Origin: Nitrososphaerota archaeon
Lineage (GTDB): Archaea; Thermoproteota; Nitrososphaeria_A; Caldarchaeales; Calditenuaceae
Direction: 5' to 3'
NCBI GenBank assembly: GCA_033581555.1
Contig: JAVQSZ010000003.1
Coordinates: 10,654 to 74,653, forward strand
Length of the DNA stretch: 64,000 nt
Below are positions 9,575 through 20,282 of this stretch, piece after piece (the first letter of the stretch is position 1; the number at the start of each line of letters is the position of its first letter). Below the pieces are notes generated by a model. That model was given only the letters and a program-made list of their open reading frames with translations, was not told the origin of the DNA and made no database searches. Both the position numbers and the translations under genes were made by a program.

Positions 9575-11071
9575 TCATCCCTTCACTACGCCGATCGGAA
9601 CTAGCCTCGCGACCTTCGTGCTCATCCCGACGCTGTGCGCGACCTCGACGACGTCGTCCGGGTTCTTATAGGCCTCGGGGACCTCCTCGACGATCGTGTC
9701 CATCGTGTCACCCTTGACGTAAATCCCTCTGCTCTCGAGGGCCCTCACGACCTGGTCGCCCCTGTACGCCCTCTTCGCACCGGCCCTGCTCATCTGCCTC
9801 CCCGCGCCGTGGACGCTGCTCCCGAACGTGATCTCGAGCGAGTTCCTCTGGCCGAGGAGGACCCAGCTCGCGGTCCCCATGCTGCCGGGCACGAAGACCG
9901 GCTGGCCGAGGTCCCTGTAGGTCTCCGGGATGTGGTCCGAGTAGGGCGGCGCGTTGCCGGGGTAGCTCCTCGTAGCTCCCTTCCTGTGGACGAAGACGTC
10001 CCTCGTCTCGCCGTCGACCTTGTGCTTCTCGAGCTTGACGATGTTGTGGCAGACGTCGTAGACTATCTTCAGGCCCATCTCCTCAGCAGGCCTCTTGAAG
10101 ACCTGCTCGAAGCTCTGCCGTATCCAATGGCTGATCGCCTGCCTGTTAGCGAAGGCGAAGTTGACCGCGCACCCGAACGCCTTGAGGTACATGGTGGCCT
10201 CGGGGCTGCTTGCGGGAGTGCAGGCCAGCTCCCTGTCCGGGAGCCTGATGTTGTACTTCATCACCGCCCTCTCCATCACCCTGAGGTAGTCGCTGCAGAT
10301 CTGGTGGCCGTAGCCCCTGCTTCCGCAGTGGATGAGGATCGTTATCTGGCCCTCCTCGTAGATACCCATCCTCTTCGCAGCGACCGGGTCGAAGATCTTC
10401 TCGACCTTCTGGATCTCGAGGAAGTGGTTCCCGCTCCCGAGGGTCCCGATCTGATCGAGTCCCCTGTGCTTCGCCTCGTTCGAGACCACGCTCGGGTCCG
10501 GGTCCGGTATGTCCCCGGTCTTGTACCTCGGGTACCTGCCCTCCTCCTCGATGTGCTTGTAGTCCTCGTGCCACCCGAGCCCGTACTTATCGATGATGTA
10601 ACGGGCTCCCTCTGTCGCGACCCTGTCGAGGTCGGACATCGAGACGACGAAGTCCCTCCTCCTCGACCCGAGGCCCGCGGGGACGTTCCTGAAGATCACG
10701 TTCACCAACTCAACGATCTTCAGCCTGACCTCCTTCTCTGTGAGGTTGGTGACCATCAGCCTGACCCCGCAGTTTATGTCATATCCGACCCCTCCGGGTG
10801 AGATGACGCCCTCGGTCGCGTCCATCGCGGCCACCCCTCCGATCGGGAAGCCGTAACCCTCGTGTGCATCGGGAAGGACGGCGACGTGCTTCTGGACCCC
10901 GGGTAGGGTCGCGACGTTGACCCCCTGAATCAGGGTCCTGTCGGTCCTCATCTTCTCGAGGAGCTTCTCGGAGGCGAAGACGTAGACCGGTACCCTCATG
11001 TCGTGTCTGAAGGTCTTCGGGATCAGCCAGACGCTCGGCGCCACCTTCTGCAGCGGAACTGAGGCGCTCAT
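9575..11071 (-). CDS. rtcB: RNA-splicing ligase RtcB
   Basis: PDAHEGYGFPIGG, GYDINCG, GSGNHF, HRKGAT, PGSMG and HGAGR motifs; no intein. Confidence 0.97.
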   Translation of the reverse strand: MSASVPLQKVAPSVWLIPKTFRHDMRVPVYVFASEKLLEKMRTDRTLIQGVNVATLPGVQKHVAVLPDAHEGYGFPIGGVAAMDATEGVISPGGVGYDINCGVRLMVTNLTEKEVRLKIVELVNVIFRNVPAGLGSRRRDFVVSMSDLDRVATEGARYIIDKYGLGWHEDYKHIEEEGRYPRYKTGDIPDPDPSVVSNEAKHRGLDQIGTLGSGNHFLEIQKVEKIFDPVAAKRMGIYEEGQITILIHCGSRGYGHQICSDYLRVMERAVMKYNIRLPDRELACTPASSPEATMYLKAFGCAVNFAFANRQAISHWIRQSFEQVFKRPAEEMGLKIVYDVCHNIVKLEKHKVDGETRDVFVHRKGATRSYPGNAPPYSDHIPETYRDLGQPVFVPGSMGTASWVLLGQRNSLEITFGSSVHGAGRQMSRAGAKRAYRGDQVVRALESRGIYVKGDTMDTIVEEVPEAYKNPDDVVEVAHSVGMSTKVARLVPIGVVKG

Positions 11072-11134
11072 TCCGTACCCATGGGTGAGGCGGGGAATAT
11101 TAACGTAGACCTAAATCGCGAGTCTCCGGAGAGG

Positions 11135-13339
11135 TCAGGAGATGTACGCCATCTGGGTCTTCATCCGCTCCTCGATCCTCTCGTAGGCGGTCCTCAGCTC
11201 CTCGCTGATGCTGGGCTTGACCTTCTCGAAGGCCCTCTCGAAGTGCCTCCAGGAGACCTTCAGCTTCTCGAGCTCCTCCTTCCTCTGCTTCGACGCAGCG
11301 ATCAGCGACGAGTGCTCCCTCGCGGCGTTTAGGGCCGCCTCCCTGCAGAGCGCCTCGATGTCGGCACCGGTGTAGCCCTCCGTGAGCCTCGCGAGCCTCT
11401 CGAGGCTGACGTCGTCGTCGAGCGGCATCCCCCTCGTGTGGACGTTGAGGATCTCGAGCCTCGCCTTGTAGTCAGGTATCGGGACCCTGATCACCCTGTC
11501 GAACCTCCCGGGCCTGAGGAGGGCTGGGTCCAGCAGGTCGGGCCTGTTCGTCGCGCCTATCACTACAACCCCAGTGAGTGCCTGAATTCCGTCCATCTCG
11601 GTCAGCATTTGGTTCACGATCCTGTCCGTGACGCCCGCGTCGGTGTGCGTCCCCCTCCTGGCCGCGATCGAGTCGAGCTCGTCGAAGAAGACGATGCACG
11701 GCGCGGTCTCCCTCGCCTTCCTGAAGATCTCCCTGATCGCCTTCTCCGACTCTCCGACCCACTTGGAGAGGACCTCGGGGCCCTTGACGCTGATGAAGTT
11801 CGCCTCAGACTCGGTCGCGACCGCCTTCGCGAGCAAGGTCTTTCCAGTCCCGGGCGGACCGTAGAGCAGGATCCCCTTCGTCGGCCTGATCCCGAGCCTC
11901 TTGAAGAGCTCCGGGTACCTGAGCGGCCACTCGACGGCCTCCCTCAGCTCCTGTTTGACCTCGTCGAGGTCGCCGACCATGTCCCAGGTCACGTTCGGGA
12001 TCTCGAGGACAACCTCCCTAAGGGCAGAGGGCTGAACGACCTTCAGGGCCTGCATGAAGTCATCCCTGGTCACCTTCAGTTGCTCGAGGACCTCCGCAGG
12101 TATCACCTCCCTCTCGAGGTCGATCTTCGGCAGGAACCTCCTCAGCGCGTTCATCGCCGCCTCCCTACAGAGCGCGGCTATGTCGGCGCCCGTGAAGCCG
12201 TGGGTGACGTCGGCCAGCTCGTCGATATTGACGTCCTCGGCGAGCGGCATCCTCCTGGTGTGTATCTGGAAGATCTCCTTCCTCCCGTTCCTATCCGGGA
12301 CGCCTATCCTGATCTCCCTGTCGAACCTCCCGGGCCTTCGGAGCGCCGGGTCGACCGCGTCGATCCTGTTCGTCGCGCCGATCACTACCACCTGTCCCCT
12401 AGACTTCAGGCCGTCCATGAGCGTGAGGAGCTGCGAGACCACCCTCCTCTCCACCTCGCCAGTCACCTCGCTCCGCTTCGGGGCGATCGCGTCCAACTCG
12501 TCGATGAAGATGATGCTGGGGGCGCTCTTCTCGGCCTCGGCGAAGATCTCCCTGAGCCTGGCCTCGCTCTCTCCGTAGAACTTGCTCATGATCTCGGGGC
12601 CGTTGATGCTGAAGAACCTAGCCCCGGTCTCGTTCGCGAGGGCCTTCGCTATCAGGGTCTTCCCGGTCCCCGGAGGTCCGTAGAGGATGACGCCCTTGGG
12701 AGGTTCGATCCCGAGGTGCCTGAAGAGCTCAGGGTGTTTCAGGGGCAGCTCGACCATCTCCCTGATCCGCTGAAGCTCGTTCGCGAGGCCTCCGATGTCC
12801 TCGTACGTGACCCCTCCGACCTCCTCGGTCCTCGCGACCGGAGAGGTCGAGACCTCGATAACAGTGTCCTCCGTCACGAAGACGTAGCTCTTCGGGACCG
12901 TGTGGATGACCTTCAGCTCGAGCCCCATCCCCAGTATCGGGATCACGACCGTGTCACCCTTCGCGACCGGGAGGTTCATCAACTGCTGCTTGACGACCCT
13001 CGAGATGTCGCCGATGAAGGGGAGCTGCTCGTAGGGCGCGAGGACCACTTTCGTACCCCTGACGGTCTCGGCCTTGGCGACGGTAACGTAGTCCCCGACG
13101 TTCACGCCCGCGTTCCTCCTGATCTCGCTGTCGATCCTGATCAGCCTCTGGCCTTCGTCCTCCCTGTAGGCTGGCCACGCCCTCGCGACCGTCGACTTCT
13201 TTCCGGTCACCTCGACGAGCTCGCCCGGGGAGACGTTCAGCTCCCTCAGGACCGAGTTGTCGATCCTCGCGATCCTCATGCCGATGTCCCTCTGGCGCGC
13301 CTCTGCGACGCGCAGCTGGACGCCCCGCTTGTGGGACAT
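11135..13339 (-). CDS. cdc48: Cdc48/VAT AAA+ ATPase
   Basis: N-domain plus two AAA modules (GPPGTGKT twice, DELD, RPGRFDR). Confidence 0.97.
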   Translation of the reverse strand: MSHKRGVQLRVAEARQRDIGMRIARIDNSVLRELNVSPGELVEVTGKKSTVARAWPAYREDEGQRLIRIDSEIRRNAGVNVGDYVTVAKAETVRGTKVVLAPYEQLPFIGDISRVVKQQLMNLPVAKGDTVVIPILGMGLELKVIHTVPKSYVFVTEDTVIEVSTSPVARTEEVGGVTYEDIGGLANELQRIREMVELPLKHPELFRHLGIEPPKGVILYGPPGTGKTLIAKALANETGARFFSINGPEIMSKFYGESEARLREIFAEAEKSAPSIIFIDELDAIAPKRSEVTGEVERRVVSQLLTLMDGLKSRGQVVVIGATNRIDAVDPALRRPGRFDREIRIGVPDRNGRKEIFQIHTRRMPLAEDVNIDELADVTHGFTGADIAALCREAAMNALRRFLPKIDLEREVIPAEVLEQLKVTRDDFMQALKVVQPSALREVVLEIPNVTWDMVGDLDEVKQELREAVEWPLRYPELFKRLGIRPTKGILLYGPPGTGKTLLAKAVATESEANFISVKGPEVLSKWVGESEKAIREIFRKARETAPCIVFFDELDSIAARRGTHTDAGVTDRIVNQMLTEMDGIQALTGVVVIGATNRPDLLDPALLRPGRFDRVIRVPIPDYKARLEILNVHTRGMPLDDDVSLERLARLTEGYTGADIEALCREAALNAAREHSSLIAASKQRKEELEKLKVSWRHFERAFEKVKPSISEELRTAYERIEERMKTQMAYIS

Positions 13340-13445
13340 GCCGCCGACTCAGGGTCCGTCCCGGTAATTAAGAGATTCCGAGCGATCAGTGAGCGGTGCC
13401 CCCGCCTCGCTCAAACTTAAAAATGGACGCGGGATCCTCAGCGCC

Positions 13446-13724
13446 GTGAAGGTCCCCGAGGTGATCAGCACCTACTGCCCAAAGTGCAACGCCCACACAG
13501 AGCACAAGGTCTCGCTCTACAAGAAGGGGAAGGAGAGGGCGCTGGCGATAGGCGCGAGGCGGCACGAGAGGGAGCTGCACGGGTACGGAGGCCAGAAGTA
13601 CCCGATACAGAGGAACAAGGCCAAGACCACCGATAAGAAGACGCTCGTCCTGACATGCAACAAGTGCGGGAGGAAGCTGCTGAGAAAGGGGGTTAGGCTC
13701 AGGAAGCTCGAGATCGTGAGGTGA
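13446..13724 (+). CDS. rpl44e: Ribosomal protein L44e (eL42)
   Basis: TYCPKCNAHTEH, GYGGQ, CNKCG. Confidence 0.95.
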   Translation: MKVPEVISTYCPKCNAHTEHKVSLYKKGKERALAIGARRHERELHGYGGQKYPIQRNKAKTTDKKTLVLTCNKCGRKLLRKGVRLRKLEIVR

Positions 13725-13731
13725 AGCGACG

Positions 13732-13935
13732 ATGTCGCGGGTCGAGATCGAGGGGATGATACCACAGCCGAGGTCGCGGTTCCTCCTGGTCTCGTGCTTG
13801 AGCTGCGGCAACAAGCAAGTGGTCTTCGACAGCGCGAAGACGGTCGTGAGGTGCGCGGTTTGCAGGGAGGTGCTCGCGGTCCCGAGGGGCGGGAAGTCGA
13901 AGGTCCTGGGGAAGGTGGTTGCGGTCCTCACTTGA
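13732..13935 (+). CDS. rps27e: Ribosomal protein S27e
   Basis: PRSRFLLVSCLSCGNKQVVF...CAVC...PRGGK; follows rpl44e. Confidence 0.95.
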   Translation: MSRVEIEGMIPQPRSRFLLVSCLSCGNKQVVFDSAKTVVRCAVCREVLAVPRGGKSKVLGKVVAVLT

Positions 13936-13938
13936 GCC

Positions 13939-14922
13939 TCAGAGCAGCCCCCTCTCCCTGAGGGACCTCCCGACGGCCTCGATGGGGTGGGCCTCTACCT
14001 CGGACATCAGCCTGTTCAGCTCCTCGTAGGCCTTAGGGTTTCCGGTCCAAGTCCTCTCGAACTCGCCGCTCCTGATCGCTCTCAGGGCCTCCCTCATCCT
14101 CTGCTTGACCTCCTCGTCGATCACCTTGGGCCCGACGGTGAGGCCTCCGAACTTCGCGGTGTCCGATACCCCCCTCAGCATCCCGGTCAGGCCGCCCGAG
14201 TAGATCAGGTCGACGATCAGCTTCAGCTCGTTGCAGACCTCGAAGTAAGCCAGCTCGGGCTGGTAACCGTTCTCGACGAGGACCTCGAACCCCTTCTTGA
14301 TCAGCTCCATCACGCCGCCGACCAGGACCGTCTGCTCTCCGAAGAGGTCGGTCTCAGTCTCCTCCGCGAACGTCGTCTCGATGACCCCCGCCCTCGTGCA
14401 TCCTATCGCCTTAGCGATCGCTAGGGCGATCGACTTCGCGTCGCCCGTGGCGTCGTTGTGGACCGCGACGAGCGCGGGCACGCCCTTCCCCTCGACGAAC
14501 TTCTGGCGGAGCAAGGCACCTGGCGACTTCGGAGCGACCAGGACCACGTTGACGTCGGGCGGCGTCTTGATCCTCCCGAAGTGGACGTTATAGCCGTGGG
14601 CGAAGACCAGCGTCTTCCCGCGGCGGAGGTGCGGCTCCACGTGTCTCCGGTAGACCTCGGCCATCGGGACGTCCGGGATCAACATCAGTATCACGTCGCC
14701 GGCCCTTGCTGCCTCTTCGATCGGGACAGGCTCGAAACCGTCGGCCCGCGCCTGCGCGTAGCTCCGGCCCTCGCCCCTCAGTCCGAGGAGAACCCTGATC
14801 CCCGAGTCACGGAGGTTCAGCGCCTGAGCCCTCCCTTGACTCCCGTATCCGATCACGGCGACCGTCTTGTCCTTGATCGGGTCGAGGGAAGCGTCCGGGT
14901 CGTAGTGAACCTTAGCCCGCAT
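13939..14922 (-). CDS. ilvC: Ketol-acid reductoisomerase
   Basis: [31 protein letters not shown]. Confidence 0.96.
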   Translation of the reverse strand: MRAKVHYDPDASLDPIKDKTVAVIGYGSQGRAQALNLRDSGIRVLLGLRGEGRSYAQARADGFEPVPIEEAARAGDVILMLIPDVPMAEVYRRHVEPHLRRGKTLVFAHGYNVHFGRIKTPPDVNVVLVAPKSPGALLRQKFVEGKGVPALVAVHNDATGDAKSIALAIAKAIGCTRAGVIETTFAEETETDLFGEQTVLVGGVMELIKKGFEVLVENGYQPELAYFEVCNELKLIVDLIYSGGLTGMLRGVSDTAKFGGLTVGPKVIDEEVKQRMREALRAIRSGEFERTWTGNPKAYEELNRLMSEVEAHPIEAVGRSLRERGLL

Positions 14923-15046
14923 CTCGAGCTGAGCCGGAGGTCCCACTAAAAACGTTTCCACGGCCCACAGAGTCGGGAAGGGTTGCGATGTCGCGTCGAG
15001 CTCGAGGCGACAACTATTATAGGACCGGGAGTCGGGGTGAAGGGAG

Positions 15047-15778
15047 ATGGCAGCCCTAGGGATGGCAGGCGCGTACGACAGGGCGATAACGGTCTTCTCG
15101 CCGCAGGGCAGGCTCTACCAAGTAGAGTACGCGCTTGAGACGGTGAAGTCGGGCTCGAGCTCAGTCGGGATCAGGGTGGAGGAGGGCGTGGTGCTCGCGG
15201 TCGAGGAGAGAGCCCACAGCAAGCTACAGTCGCCGACGTACTCCCAGAAGCTCTTCCAGGTCGACCTCCACATAGGGGCCGCAGCCTCGGGCCTGATCTC
15301 CGACGCCAGAGTCCTCGTCGACAGCGCGAGGATCTTCGCTCAGAGCTACAGGCTCACTTACGACGAGCCACCATCCGTCGAGAGCGTCGCCAAGAGGGTC
15401 GGAGACTTGATGCAGCTGTACACTCAGCACGGCGGGGTGCGGCCGTTCGGCGTGGCGCTCCTGATCGGCGGCGTCTCGGTCGACGGGGCGAGGCTCTTCT
15501 ACACCGAGCCCAGCGGGGTCGTGATGGAGTACAACGCCTGGAGCATCGGGAGAGGAGCCGAGAAGGTCAAGGAGGTCCTCGAGGCGTCCTACGACCCGAT
15601 GATGCCGCTCGAAAGGGCTAAGGCCCTCGCGATCACGTCGCTGGTGAGGTCGGTCGACAAGATCGAGGAGAACTGGATGGCGAGGATGGTCGTGATACCC
15701 GCGGACACGAGGAGCTATACGCCCGTCCCGGTCGAGGAGGTCAACAGGCTGGTCAAGGAGGCCCTTCAGTCGAGGTAG
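15047..15778 (+). CDS. psmA: Proteasome alpha subunit
   Basis: [20 protein letters not shown] and RPFGVALL. Confidence 0.96.
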   Translation: MAALGMAGAYDRAITVFSPQGRLYQVEYALETVKSGSSSVGIRVEEGVVLAVEERAHSKLQSPTYSQKLFQVDLHIGAAASGLISDARVLVDSARIFAQSYRLTYDEPPSVESVAKRVGDLMQLYTQHGGVRPFGVALLIGGVSVDGARLFYTEPSGVVMEYNAWSIGRGAEKVKEVLEASYDPMMPLERAKALAITSLVRSVDKIEENWMARMVVIPADTRSYTPVPVEEVNRLVKEALQSR

Positions 15779-15780
15779 CC

Positions 15781-16806
15781 CTAGGGCGTTATCAGGACCT
15801 TCATCCCGTCTCCGGACTCGAAGACCCTCAGCGCCTCCTCGAACCTCTCGATGGGGAACCTGTGAGTTATCAGCCTCGATGCCCTGACCCTGCGCTCCTC
15901 TAGGATCCTGATGGCCTCGACCATCTCCTCCTCGGTAGCGGCGTTGGATGAGATCAAGCTCACCTCCCTGACCAATAGCTCGCTGAAGTCCTGATCGACC
16001 TTCGTCCCCCTCGGCGGCAGCCCGAAGAGGCAGACCGTTCCGCCGTTCCTAGTCGACCTGATGGCCGTGACGATCGCCGCTGAGCTGCCCGTCGCGATGA
16101 TCGAGAGGTCGGCTCCCCTCCCTCCACTCAGCTCCCTCACCTCGCGGTCTACATCAGCCCTCGAGGCGTCCAAGGCCCTCACGCCCAGCGAGTCCGCGAA
16201 CCTGAGCCTCGACTCCTTGACGTCGACCGCGACGGCCTCGCAGCCGAGCGACCTCAGGAGCTCCAGGAAGATCGCGCCCATCGGGCCGACCCCGAAGACC
16301 GCGACTGTCCAGCCCTGCCTCACTCCGGATCGCTCGAGGGCCCTCAGGCAGCAGGCCAACGGCTCAGTCAGCGACGCCTCTTCTAGCGAGAGGCCACCGG
16401 GGACCTTATAGATCGCACCGCGCCTCACGATGAACTCGGGGACCCTGAAGTACTCCGAGAACCCGCCGGGGTCGAAGTGGTGCCTCCTGTACTCGGGGCA
16501 CATCGTCGGGCTCCCGTTGAGGCAGTAGTAGCAGTCGCCGCAGTTAGTGTGGTGGTGCGGGACTACCCTGTCGCCCCTCCTGAGCCACTCCACCCCTTCA
16601 CCCACCTCCTCGACGACCCCGGAGGCCTCGTGCCCGATCACCTGCCTCCCCGCGGTGTATCCTCCCCTGATCCGCTCGACGTCGGTCCCACAGAGGCCGC
16701 AGGCCGCCAGCCTCACTAGCACCTCCCCCTTCCCGATCTTGGGCCTCTCGACCTCGAGGACGACTGCCCTCCCCCCCTCGACGAGGACCGCCTTCACGCG
16801 GTTCAC
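15781..16806 (-). CDS. Zn-dependent medium-chain dehydrogenase (sorbitol/threonine dehydrogenase-like)
   Basis: CGLCGTD, GHE, CGDCYYC...C and GVGPMG. Confidence 0.92.
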   Translation of the reverse strand: MNRVKAVLVEGGRAVVLEVERPKIGKGEVLVRLAACGLCGTDVERIRGGYTAGRQVIGHEASGVVEEVGEGVEWLRRGDRVVPHHHTNCGDCYYCLNGSPTMCPEYRRHHFDPGGFSEYFRVPEFIVRRGAIYKVPGGLSLEEASLTEPLACCLRALERSGVRQGWTVAVFGVGPMGAIFLELLRSLGCEAVAVDVKESRLRFADSLGVRALDASRADVDREVRELSGGRGADLSIIATGSSAAIVTAIRSTRNGGTVCLFGLPPRGTKVDQDFSELLVREVSLISSNAATEEEMVEAIRILEERRVRASRLITHRFPIERFEEALRVFESGDGMKVLITP

Positions 16807-16885
16807 TGCTGAGACCTCTGATTTACGTCTCACGCGCTTGGTCGGAAACCCTTTTCACCGGACGTACGGAACGTGTGTCAGAGCG

Positions 16886-17326
16886 ATGGCCGACGAGTGC
16901 GTCTTCTGCAGGATCGCCTCAGGCGAGGAGTGGGGCGCGATCGTCTGGGACGACGGCGAGTACGTCGCCTTCATGGACAAGTACCCGGTCTCGGTGGGCC
17001 ACACGCTCGTGGCGCCGAAGTTCCACAGGTCCGACGTCCTCGAGATGTCCTTCGAAGAGGCCGGGAGACTCTTCTCGCTCGCGGCGAAGGTCGCGAGGGC
17101 GATCAAGGCCTCCCTGAACCCCGACGGCATCAACATCCTTCAGAACAACGGCGCCGCCGCAGGGCAGGTGATCTTCCACGCCCACGTCCACGTCATCCCG
17201 AGGTACGCCGGACACCATGGGAACCCGTCCAGGCCACTGAAGGGGATGAGGCTCAGCGTCACAGAGGAGGAGCTCCTGAGGGTCGCTGAGAGGATCGGTG
17301 AGGCCATGCGAAGGCTTCAGGGTTGA
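16886..17326 (+). CDS. HIT family nucleotide hydrolase
   Basis: CVFCRI, GHTLV, QNNGAAAGQVIFHAHVHVIPR. Confidence 0.95.
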   Translation: MADECVFCRIASGEEWGAIVWDDGEYVAFMDKYPVSVGHTLVAPKFHRSDVLEMSFEEAGRLFSLAAKVARAIKASLNPDGINILQNNGAAAGQVIFHAHVHVIPRYAGHHGNPSRPLKGMRLSVTEEELLRVAERIGEAMRRLQG

Positions 17327-17676
17327 GCCCTGGGCCTGCTCTCCAGCCCGCTGTACCTCCTCACCGCGTCGACGAAGCTCTCCGGATCGGTCACCGATAG
17401 CACGAGCCTCCTCCAGAAGCCCGCATTCTTCCTCACCTCGACGCAGTTTCGCCTGCGAGCGACGACGTAGAGCGTCCTGCTGATCGGGTAGGGCTCAATC
17501 CCCCTTCCGACGTACCACGGGATCCTCTCGACGACGCCTACCCACTCCAGCTCCGGGTATGGAATCTCGATCGTGAAGAGGAGGGTCTTCACCTCCATCC
17601 GGTCCCAGCGAACGCGTGCCCATACCTTGAACGGGAAGAGGTCGATGTAGTCGGAGTGGAGGGCCTCCTCGGTCAC
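17317..17676 (-). CDS. Hypothetical protein, possible bacterial-PH-like domain
   Basis: Beta-rich 119 aa ending LSVTDPESFVDAV; overlaps the stop of the upstream gene (GTGA). Confidence 0.6.
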   Translation of the reverse strand: MTEEALHSDYIDLFPFKVWARVRWDRMEVKTLLFTIEIPYPELEWVGVVERIPWYVGRGIEPYPISRTLYVVARRRNCVEVRKNAGFWRRLVLSVTDPESFVDAVRRYSGLESRPRAQP

Positions 17677-17993
17677 CGGCGCCGCCTCAAGAGCGTGGCC
17701 GCGGCCCCGAGCGCCGCGACGAAGACCAGCGCGAGCCCCAGCACGACTATTGGGTTGAGGAGGGTGGAGGCGGCGATCCCAAGTCCTGCAGCTAGGGCGA
17801 CCCCTCCCCAGAGGAGGTAGTAGAGGGGGTCCCTGGACGCGGCCCCGTAGGCGACGGTGTAGACCCCGAAGACCGCCACGACGACCCCGACGGCGGTGAA
17901 GGGGTCGACCCTCAGCAGGCCCGCCCCCGATAGAACTAGCAAAGCCCCCGTCGATGCCACGATCGCTATCAGGGCTCCGGCGCCGTAACTCAT
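17673..17993 (-). CDS. Small 4-TM membrane protein
   Basis: Four hydrophobic segments, basic RRRR tail; ATGA overlap with the SPFH gene. Confidence 0.75.
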   Translation of the reverse strand: MSYGAGALIAIVASTGALLVLSGAGLLRVDPFTAVGVVVAVFGVYTVAYGAASRDPLYYLLWGGVALAAGLGIAASTLLNPIVVLGLALVFVAALGAAATLLRRRR

Positions 17994-19048
17994 GTCACCC
18001 TCGCACCGCACTCGGGGCAGAACTTGGACCCCGGCGCTACCCTGTGTCCGCTCGGACAGGTCAGGGCCATCGGAGCTCCGCACTCCGGACAGAACTTCGA
18101 TCCAACCGGGACGCTGTGACCGTTGGGGCAGGTCGTCGTCTGAGGTTGCACCGGCGCCTGTTGCTGTGGAGGCGGCCCAAGGGGCTTGCCGCAGCTCCCG
18201 CAGAACCTCACGCCCTGAGGGTTCTGGAACCCGCAGTGCGGACAGACCACCAGCACAGTTTGGGGCTGCTGGGCCGGATGCTGGAAGAGGGGCGGGATGA
18301 TCGCGATGCCCGCGCCGACAGCTGCTCCCGGGCTCTGTCCGAGGGCCTCCGCGGTCTTCGTCACGGTCTGCATCCTGAGGACCTCAGCGGCCGAGACTCC
18401 CTGCCTGAGGAAGAAGATCCTGTCCCTCCACTCCGGCGTCGTGTCAATCCCCTCGAACTTGACGTCGATCAGCTCGAGCCCTATCCTCCTGAAGGCCGCG
18501 CCCACGACGTTCTTAGCGAGGAAGCTGGTCTCGTCGAGCTTGCCGTAGACCTCGGTTATGCTGTGCTGGCTCAGCTCGTCGATTAGGGCCTCGTTGAAGT
18601 ATCCCCTGAGGAAGTCCTGGAGCTGCTGGGTGCTGTAGGCTCCCTGCGACCCCACGACCTCCTGGACGAAGAGGTTCGGTTCCTCGACCCTGAACCAGAA
18701 GCCCCCGAAGAACTTCAGGGGTGCGAGCTCCTTCGTCTGGCCCTGCGCCCCGAACTTCCCCTGGAACTGCTTCAGCGAGACGAAGATCACGGTCGCCCTG
18801 AACGGGACCCTGTCGAAGCCCGCGACCCTCGAGAGGACCTTCGTCAGGAGCGGCAGGTTCGCGGTGGTGATCACGTGCCTCCCGGCCCTGAAGACGTCGT
18901 AGGCCTTCCCGTCCCTGAGGAAGACCGCGGCCTGCGCCTCCTCGACGATAAGGTTGCTCCCCCACTCGATCTCGTCCACCGGGTACCTCCAGACGATGTC
19001 GCCCTCCCTCGCGCCGACCCACTGGATCACCTTAGGCAACCTTCCCAC
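17990..19048 (-). CDS. SPFH/band-7 domain protein with C-terminal zinc ribbons (YdjI-like)
   Basis: IVWRYP...GSNLIVEEAQAAVFLRDG...GRH...TANLP; C-terminal CPHCG..FCGSCG, CPNGH..FCPECG, CPSGH..FCPECG. Confidence 0.9.
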   Translation of the reverse strand: MGRLPKVIQWVGAREGDIVWRYPVDEIEWGSNLIVEEAQAAVFLRDGKAYDVFRAGRHVITTANLPLLTKVLSRVAGFDRVPFRATVIFVSLKQFQGKFGAQGQTKELAPLKFFGGFWFRVEEPNLFVQEVVGSQGAYSTQQLQDFLRGYFNEALIDELSQHSITEVYGKLDETSFLAKNVVGAAFRRIGLELIDVKFEGIDTTPEWRDRIFFLRQGVSAAEVLRMQTVTKTAEALGQSPGAAVGAGIAIIPPLFQHPAQQPQTVLVVCPHCGFQNPQGVRFCGSCGKPLGPPPQQQAPVQPQTTTCPNGHSVPVGSKFCPECGAPMALTCPSGHRVAPGSKFCPECGARVT

Positions 19049-20279
19049 CTCCCTTGCTCCTTCTGGGAATCCAGGGCCTCTGCCCAGCTATAACGTTGCC
19101 AGTCGAGCCCGAGACGACCACCATGAACTCCCTGCCCGACATCTCGTACTTCACGAACCACCAGGGGTCGTAGACCAGCTCAGGCTCGCCTGCCTCGAAA
19201 GCGCTGACGTCGAACTTCCTCAGCGTCGTGTACCTGGACCTGATAGTCTCTAAGGCCGTGCCTTTGGCAAAATTGACGGCCTCGGCCTCGTCCATCTCCG
19301 CGTTCAGGACTTCGTCGCCGGTCCTCCTGAAGGGCAGCTTCCTCTCAAGGGGGACCCTGAAGGCCTCCGGGTCTGGCTGGTAGGCCGCAGACCTCCTCGC
19401 CACGACCGGGACTTGCATGAGCTCATCGACCGTCTCCTTCCTTTCCCTATCCGCGATCGTCCGCCCGGCCTTCCCGCCGAGTGCCGCTCCGAGCAGCTCG
19501 AGCCCGATCTCTTGGGCCACCTTAGCGACCTCGCTCTTCGTCTTGACGAGGCCCCTTTCGCCGATCACCTCACCCCGAACCCTAACCGGGACCACCCATA
19601 TCGGGACGTACGCAGACCAGATCTCTCCCCAGCTCGCCCTCTCGACCATTCCCTTGGTGACAAGTATCCCCTTCGCGGCGAAGTCCTGCGCGATCCTCAT
19701 CGCGGCGCTCCCGTCGACGGACATCGGGACCATCGACATCCTCGGAGGCTTCTCGCCGGTCGGGTTGTTCGCGTAACCGCAGTACCCGCATATGACGAGG
19801 ACCTCCTCTGGGTCGTAGGTGAGTGGCGCTCCGCAGTGTAGGCACGCCTCTAGACGGGGGCGCTGTGTCGGTCGGGCTTGTCGAACCGGCAGTTGAGGCT
19901 GGGAGGACTGGGTCGGCACCGTCGTCTGAGGCGTTCCGAACAGCTTCCCCAGGGGGGTCGAGCTGAGCATCTCCAGCGCCTCTCGGGCCTCAAGCTGCCT
20001 CCAACCCACGATCGCCGACGGGTTAGCGCAAGACTCCATGAGCGCCTGGTCCACCAGGTCCTTCAGCTCTTCAGGCCCCTCGACATCCACCCTCAGCTCC
20101 TCCGGCGACCCGCCAGCCCTTATCGTCCCCTTCTTCATGAAGCCCCTGCTCACCTCGACGAGGAGGCTCCTCTGCCCCGGCAAGTGCTTGTTGACCTTCC
20201 ATCCCGACCTCTGGAGGATCTCGATCAGATTTCGCTGAAAGGCGGTCATGTCTACCCCGGCGTTCCTGTACGTCGGCAT
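19032..20279 (-). CDS. Zinc-ribbon protein (YdjG-like), soluble, with extra N-terminal domain
   Basis: CLHCGAP..CGYCG; YVPIW and YDPWW...VVSGSTG repeats. Confidence 0.75.
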   Translation of the reverse strand: MPTYRNAGVDMTAFQRNLIEILQRSGWKVNKHLPGQRSLLVEVSRGFMKKGTIRAGGSPEELRVDVEGPEELKDLVDQALMESCANPSAIVGWRQLEAREALEMLSSTPLGKLFGTPQTTVPTQSSQPQLPVRQARPTQRPRLEACLHCGAPLTYDPEEVLVICGYCGYANNPTGEKPPRMSMVPMSVDGSAAMRIAQDFAAKGILVTKGMVERASWGEIWSAYVPIWVVPVRVRGEVIGERGLVKTKSEVAKVAQEIGLELLGAALGGKAGRTIADRERKETVDELMQVPVVARRSAAYQPDPEAFRVPLERKLPFRRTGDEVLNAEMDEAEAVNFAKGTALETIRSRYTTLRKFDVSAFEAGEPELVYDPWWFVKYEMSGREFMVVVSGSTGNVIAGQRPWIPRRSKGGGKVA

Positions 20280-20282
20280 CAG

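Noticed and set aside
11438-13420. Long antisense or alternate-frame ORFs (660 aa here; also 52694-54313, 5690-7045, 34511-35821 and others)
   Set aside because: Shadows of real genes caused by high GC3; no motifs
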